NCBI GenBank assembly: GCA_052437175.1
Contig: JBQVOK010000005.1
Location: 28,224 to 92,223, forward strand
Length of the DNA stretch: 64,000 nucleotides
Direction of reading: 5' to 3'
Source of the DNA: Flavobacteriales bacterium
Lineage (GTDB): Bacteria; Bacteroidota; Bacteroidia; CAIKAF01
The stretch's first letter is position 1, and every line of letters starts with the position of its first letter. The notes below the pieces were generated by a model, which saw only the letters and a list, made by a program, of their open reading frames with translations, had not been told where the DNA came from and searched no databases. This document shows, in pieces, positions 58,694-64,000 of the stretch. Made by a program: the position numbers and the translations under genes.

Positions 58694-59338
58694 TTATTTT
58701 TTCTTCTTCTTTTTGTCTTTGGAAACGGCCGTTGCTTTTGAAGGCGCCGCTTTCTTTACTGCCGTAGCCTTTTTGGCCGGGGCAGGCGCTGCTTTTTTCG
58801 CCGTTGTACGGGCGCTGCTTTTGGCTTTTGCCGCCGGGGCCGCTTTTTTAGAAACTGCGGGTTTGGCTTTTGCCGTGCTGCGTGCCGCAGGTTTTGCCGC
58901 TTTCGCCTTTCCTTTGGAAGAGGCAGCTTTGCGTTTGGCTGCATCGCCGCGGTTGTAATAGGCTTTCAGTTTGGGACTGTTTTTCAGGTGATCGTTCAGT
59001 TCCTCGCGGGTGACCCATTTCAGGTTCTCGGCCTTGTTATTCAGTTTGTCGTGATCGAGGTGTATAACAAATTCTGCTTTTCTGCCGGACTTCTTATTGA
59101 AGGTCTCGGCCACGATTTTATGAATGAACAAAGTAACGTTTTGTCCGTCAGGCTTTGCTTTGAAAACACGGTAGCCCTGTACCAGGGTGCCCTTCAGCAA
59201 CTTGCCGTCTTCGGTCTTTTCGCGAAAACTTACAATACGACCTTTGTTGGATATGGCATACTGATTTCTCAGCAGCGTGCCTTTAAAACTGAATTTTAAA
59301 GGCTTAAAGGTTTCGCCGGGTAGAAGTTTAAAAGACAT
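58694..59338 (-). CDS. NUMOD4/HNH domain protein with histone H1-like Ala/Lys/Pro tail
   Basis: YAISNKGRIVS, IHKIVAETF, VIHLDHDKLNNKAENLKWVT; tail AAKPAA...KKAAPAAK...PAKKATAVKKAAP. Confidence 0.85.
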   Translation of the reverse strand: MSFKLLPGETFKPLKFSFKGTLLRNQYAISNKGRIVSFREKTEDGKLLKGTLVQGYRVFKAKPDGQNVTLFIHKIVAETFNKKSGRKAEFVIHLDHDKLNNKAENLKWVTREELNDHLKNSPKLKAYYNRGDAAKRKAASSKGKAKAAKPAARSTAKAKPAVSKKAAPAAKAKSSARTTAKKAAPAPAKKATAVKKAAPSKATAVSKDKKKKKK

Positions 59339-59534
59339 TTCTTTCTATAGGTTTTATGTTAGCCATACAAATATAGTTTTTTTTAACAATCTTAAACTTT
59401 TATTTGTAACAAAAAGAAAATCTTATGTATACTATTTTCGGTCAAACCCTACCGGATAAAATAGTTTAAGAGTATACGCACAGTAAAATTTTTTGTAAAT
59501 TAGAGCGTTCTTAACCATTCAAAACAGGCATTCT

Positions 59535-60128
59535 ATGAAATCTTTTTCGTTATTCCTGCTCACAGGGCTGAGCAGCATCCTCCTCTCCTCTGCGCAGACC
59601 GTACACAAGTTCGATATCTTCCTTTTCGGGGATAAAGTAGGCACCATGACGGTGTCCAGAAAAGATTACGGTAACGGTACGCACTATTACGAGCTCAAAA
59701 GCCATTCCGAAGCCAAGGTCATGTTCGTGAAAAAGGTGCTCGATGTGGAGATGAACTCTACCTACGAAAACGGTAAAATGGTGCGCTGCTACAGTCGTTA
59801 CGTGGTCAACGATAAAACGGAGACCTTCGTGAGTGCGTCCTGGGACGGCAGCAAGTATAACGTGGAGAATGAAAAGGGCAAGAGCACGCACGCTACACAG
59901 GTGCTGTATTCGGTGCTGCACCTTTTCTACAAGGAGCCCAGTGCCCAGCAGAGCCTCTGGTCGGAACGCGTGGGCCAGCAGCTGCCCATCAAGCATAAAG
60001 GCAGCGGGGTATACGAATTTAAAAACCCGGGGGGCGCTACCAACGTATACAAATACGAGAACGGCAAGGTAAAGGAAGTGGAGATGCAGGCCACCTTCGG
60101 TACTTCGTATATGCGCCCGGCCGTTTAA
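59535..60128 (+). CDS. Exported beta-rich protein (DUF6134-like)
   Basis: Signal peptide; FDIFLFGDKVGTM, LFYKEP, WSERVGQ pattern. Confidence 0.7.
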   Translation: MKSFSLFLLTGLSSILLSSAQTVHKFDIFLFGDKVGTMTVSRKDYGNGTHYYELKSHSEAKVMFVKKVLDVEMNSTYENGKMVRCYSRYVVNDKTETFVSASWDGSKYNVENEKGKSTHATQVLYSVLHLFYKEPSAQQSLWSERVGQQLPIKHKGSGVYEFKNPGGATNVYKYENGKVKEVEMQATFGTSYMRPAV

Positions 60129-60154
60129 AAACCACAGTTGAACGTTTGTTACAT

Positions 60155-60185
60155 AAAAAAAGCGGCCATTACGGACCGCTTTTTT
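60155..60185. terminator. Bidirectional terminator
   Basis: AAAAAAAGCGG...CCGCTTTTTT. Confidence 0.8.
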
Positions 60186-60204
60186 GTATTCAGTTTTATC
60201 GGGA

Positions 60205-61155
60205 TCAGGCTTCAACTTCAGCCGGCTGCTCTACGGCTGCCAGGGCCTCGGCCTGTTTCTTTTTCATAAGTCCGATCTTCGACGGGCTGCCGAAGACATA
60301 GAACATTTTCTCACGGAAACTGTCTGCTTTTTTCACATCGGCCACAATTTCCCTGATCTCATGGAAATTGAGGTAGAAGGGATTCGAACTGTAGGGGATC
60401 GGTGTGGTGAGGCCGTATACGGGGCGCTCTTCCAGCGGCTGGTAGGTGCCGAACATACGGTCCCAGAGGATAAAGGTGGCGCCATAGTTCACGTCCAGGT
60501 ATTTCTCCTGTGAACCGTGGTGTACCTTATGGTTGCTCGGTGTGGCAAAAATATACTCGATAAAGGGGTGCAGACGCGGTACATACTCGCTGTGTACCCA
60601 GAACTGGAACAGTACGGCTACCTGGTTGGCCACAAAGAACACCATCGGGTGGAAACCGGCCAGGATCACAGGCAGGAAGAAAATGATCTTGAACTGCTGT
60701 ATCCAGGACAGGCGGAAGCTTACCGCCAGGTTATAGTGGTTACCGCTGTGGTGTGTAATGTGCGTACACCACCAGAAACGCTGTTCGTGGGAGATACGGT
60801 GTGCCCAGTAGCTGCACAGGTCCAGCAGGATGTAACAGGGGAAGAACATCCACCATACAAACTCCTGGCGCCAGGGGATCAGGTTATACACAAACCAAAC
60901 CATGGAAAACAGTAACAGTTTGGTAACCAGGTTGCTGGCCAGGTTGCCCAGACCCACGAAGATGGAACCCCATAACTCCTTGTTGTTGTAATAATCGCGT
61001 TTGTCGTGATTGTTGAGCCAGTATTCGAGGCCGGTGAAGGCCAGCATTACGGGTACTGCCCAAATGATGAGCTGGGGTGCTGCTTTGTCAATGCCGCTCA
61101 GTGTATCCCAGGTAATGGGATCGGCTCCAAAGATCTTAAAAGCTGTATGCATCAT
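60205..61155 (-). CDS. Sterol desaturase/fatty acid hydroxylase family (alkylglycerol monooxygenase-like)
   Basis: His boxes YWAHRISH, HITHHS, FWVH, HKVHHG; NYGATFILWDRMFGT. Confidence 0.92.
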   Translation of the reverse strand: MMHTAFKIFGADPITWDTLSGIDKAAPQLIIWAVPVMLAFTGLEYWLNNHDKRDYYNNKELWGSIFVGLGNLASNLVTKLLLFSMVWFVYNLIPWRQEFVWWMFFPCYILLDLCSYWAHRISHEQRFWWCTHITHHSGNHYNLAVSFRLSWIQQFKIIFFLPVILAGFHPMVFFVANQVAVLFQFWVHSEYVPRLHPFIEYIFATPSNHKVHHGSQEKYLDVNYGATFILWDRMFGTYQPLEERPVYGLTTPIPYSSNPFYLNFHEIREIVADVKKADSFREKMFYVFGSPSKIGLMKKKQAEALAAVEQPAEVEA

Positions 61156-61300
61156 GTTGCAAAAGTAAAAAAATAAGAAACGTGGTGTTTTATTTTATAA
61201 ATTTTCATTAAAAAGAGGGTGGCAGCGCAGTGGCAGGGCAGATTGTTGAAAAAGCGTCAAAAATGCTCGTTCCGGGGCTCCTAAAGTCCTTTAAAAATCG

Positions 61301-61308
61301 TATTTTTG
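61301..61308 (+). promoter_or_regulatory. -7 promoter element of gyrB
   Basis: TATTTTTG 21 nt upstream of the ATG. Confidence 0.6.
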
Positions 61309-61326
61309 CATGTTAAATTAAAGTAA

Positions 61327-63291
<1,965 letters not shown>

Positions 63292-63315
63292 CAACTGCGC
63301 GATTATGAATATACT

Positions 63316-63351
63316 AAAAAAGTGTCCCGCTCCCGGCGAGACGCTTTTTTT
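63316..63351. terminator. Bidirectional terminator
   Basis: AAAAAAGTGTCCCG...CGAGACGCTTTTTT. Confidence 0.75.
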
Positions 63352-63368
63352 ATGGGTATACGTTTTTG

Positions 63369-64000
63369 TTATTTCTTTATGAAACGTAAGGTATGTACGC
63401 CTGTACGTATGAAGTACAGACCGGGACGCAGCGCTTCCAGTGAAAGCGTATATACATCACCGGCATTGGGAATGTACTGCAGTACCTGTCCCGTGGTGCT
63501 CAGCAGGCTCAGATTGCTGCCCGGCGTAATTCCTTTTACGGTAACCTGTGTCTCGGCAGGATTCGGGAAAAGCTGCAGGGTATTTGTAGCCACGTTTTGC
63601 AGGCTGGTATTGTTGCTGCTGGTATCGCTGCTGATCGTAAGGATCTCGAGGTCGTCGAAATAGAAACCATCCCCTACTACGCCCGGGTCTGTCACCAGCT
63701 GAAAACGTATAGTAACGGATTGTCCCAGGTAACTGCCCAGTGAAATTTCTTCCTGCACCCAGTCGGGCTGTGTACCGTCGTATAAAGGTTCTCCCTCGGC
63801 CTGGTCGGCGGTTCCGGCATGGGTATACTTTCCGCAGAGCGGTGTCCAGGAAACGCCGTTGTCGGTGCTGGCTTCCACCTGTACATAATCGTAAGCGGCC
63901 TCTACGTCCCATTTGGCCCAGAAACGCAGCAGGGCTTCCTGCAGGTTGGAGGCGCTGAGGTCTACCGGCGTGCTGAGTACGATGCGTTTATTCTGGTTAT
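63369..64000 (-). CDS. 3' part of a T9SS-secreted protein with an immune-inhibitor-A/MAM-like domain (often the tail of a peptidase); truncated by the window edge
   Basis: Frame is open to the window end: LRFWAKWDVEAAYDYVQVEASTDNG...DGFYFDD, then CTD LFPNPA...LRPGLY...RFIKK. Confidence 0.82.
   Translation of the reverse strand, partial: NQNKRIVLSTPVDLSASNLQEALLRFWAKWDVEAAYDYVQVEASTDNGVSWTPLCGKYTHAGTADQAEGEPLYDGTQPDWVQEEISLGSYLGQSVTIRFQLVTDPGVVGDGFYFDDLEILTISSDTSSNNTSLQNVATNTLQLFPNPAETQVTVKGITPGSNLSLLSTTGQVLQYIPNAGDVYTLSLEALRPGLYFIRTGVHTLRFIKK

Overview
Chromosomal segment of a Bacteroidota (Flavobacteriales-like) bacterium. This is supported by TAnnTTTG -7 promoters, a porP-gldKLMN type IX secretion/gliding locus with a second gldN copy, a mevalonate operon and at least five T9SS cargo genes. 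Housekeeping genes include topA, rpsP-rimM-trmN6, lysS and gyrB. Accessory content includes two ECF sigma/anti-sigma modules, a reversed hicBA toxin-antitoxin pair, an AlkZ-like glycosylase, a secreted lysyl oxidase with strongly animal-like motifs, two paralogous giant surface proteins, a katB-ankB-like pair and a NUMOD4/HNH protein with a histone-H1-like tail. No tRNA, rRNA, CRISPR array, IS element or prophage was seen. The most unusual signal lies outside the ORF track, at 40786-40900 on the minus strand. It is a probably leaderless transcript made of three overlapping, translationally coupled micro-ORFs (7, 18 and 12 aa) that use all three frames and all three stop codons once each, and it can also fold into a long hairpin. 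Other leads are an ECF sigma paired with a membrane-anchored GldK-like domain and a possible circularly permuted thioester domain protein. All calls were made by eye from motifs; no database search was run.
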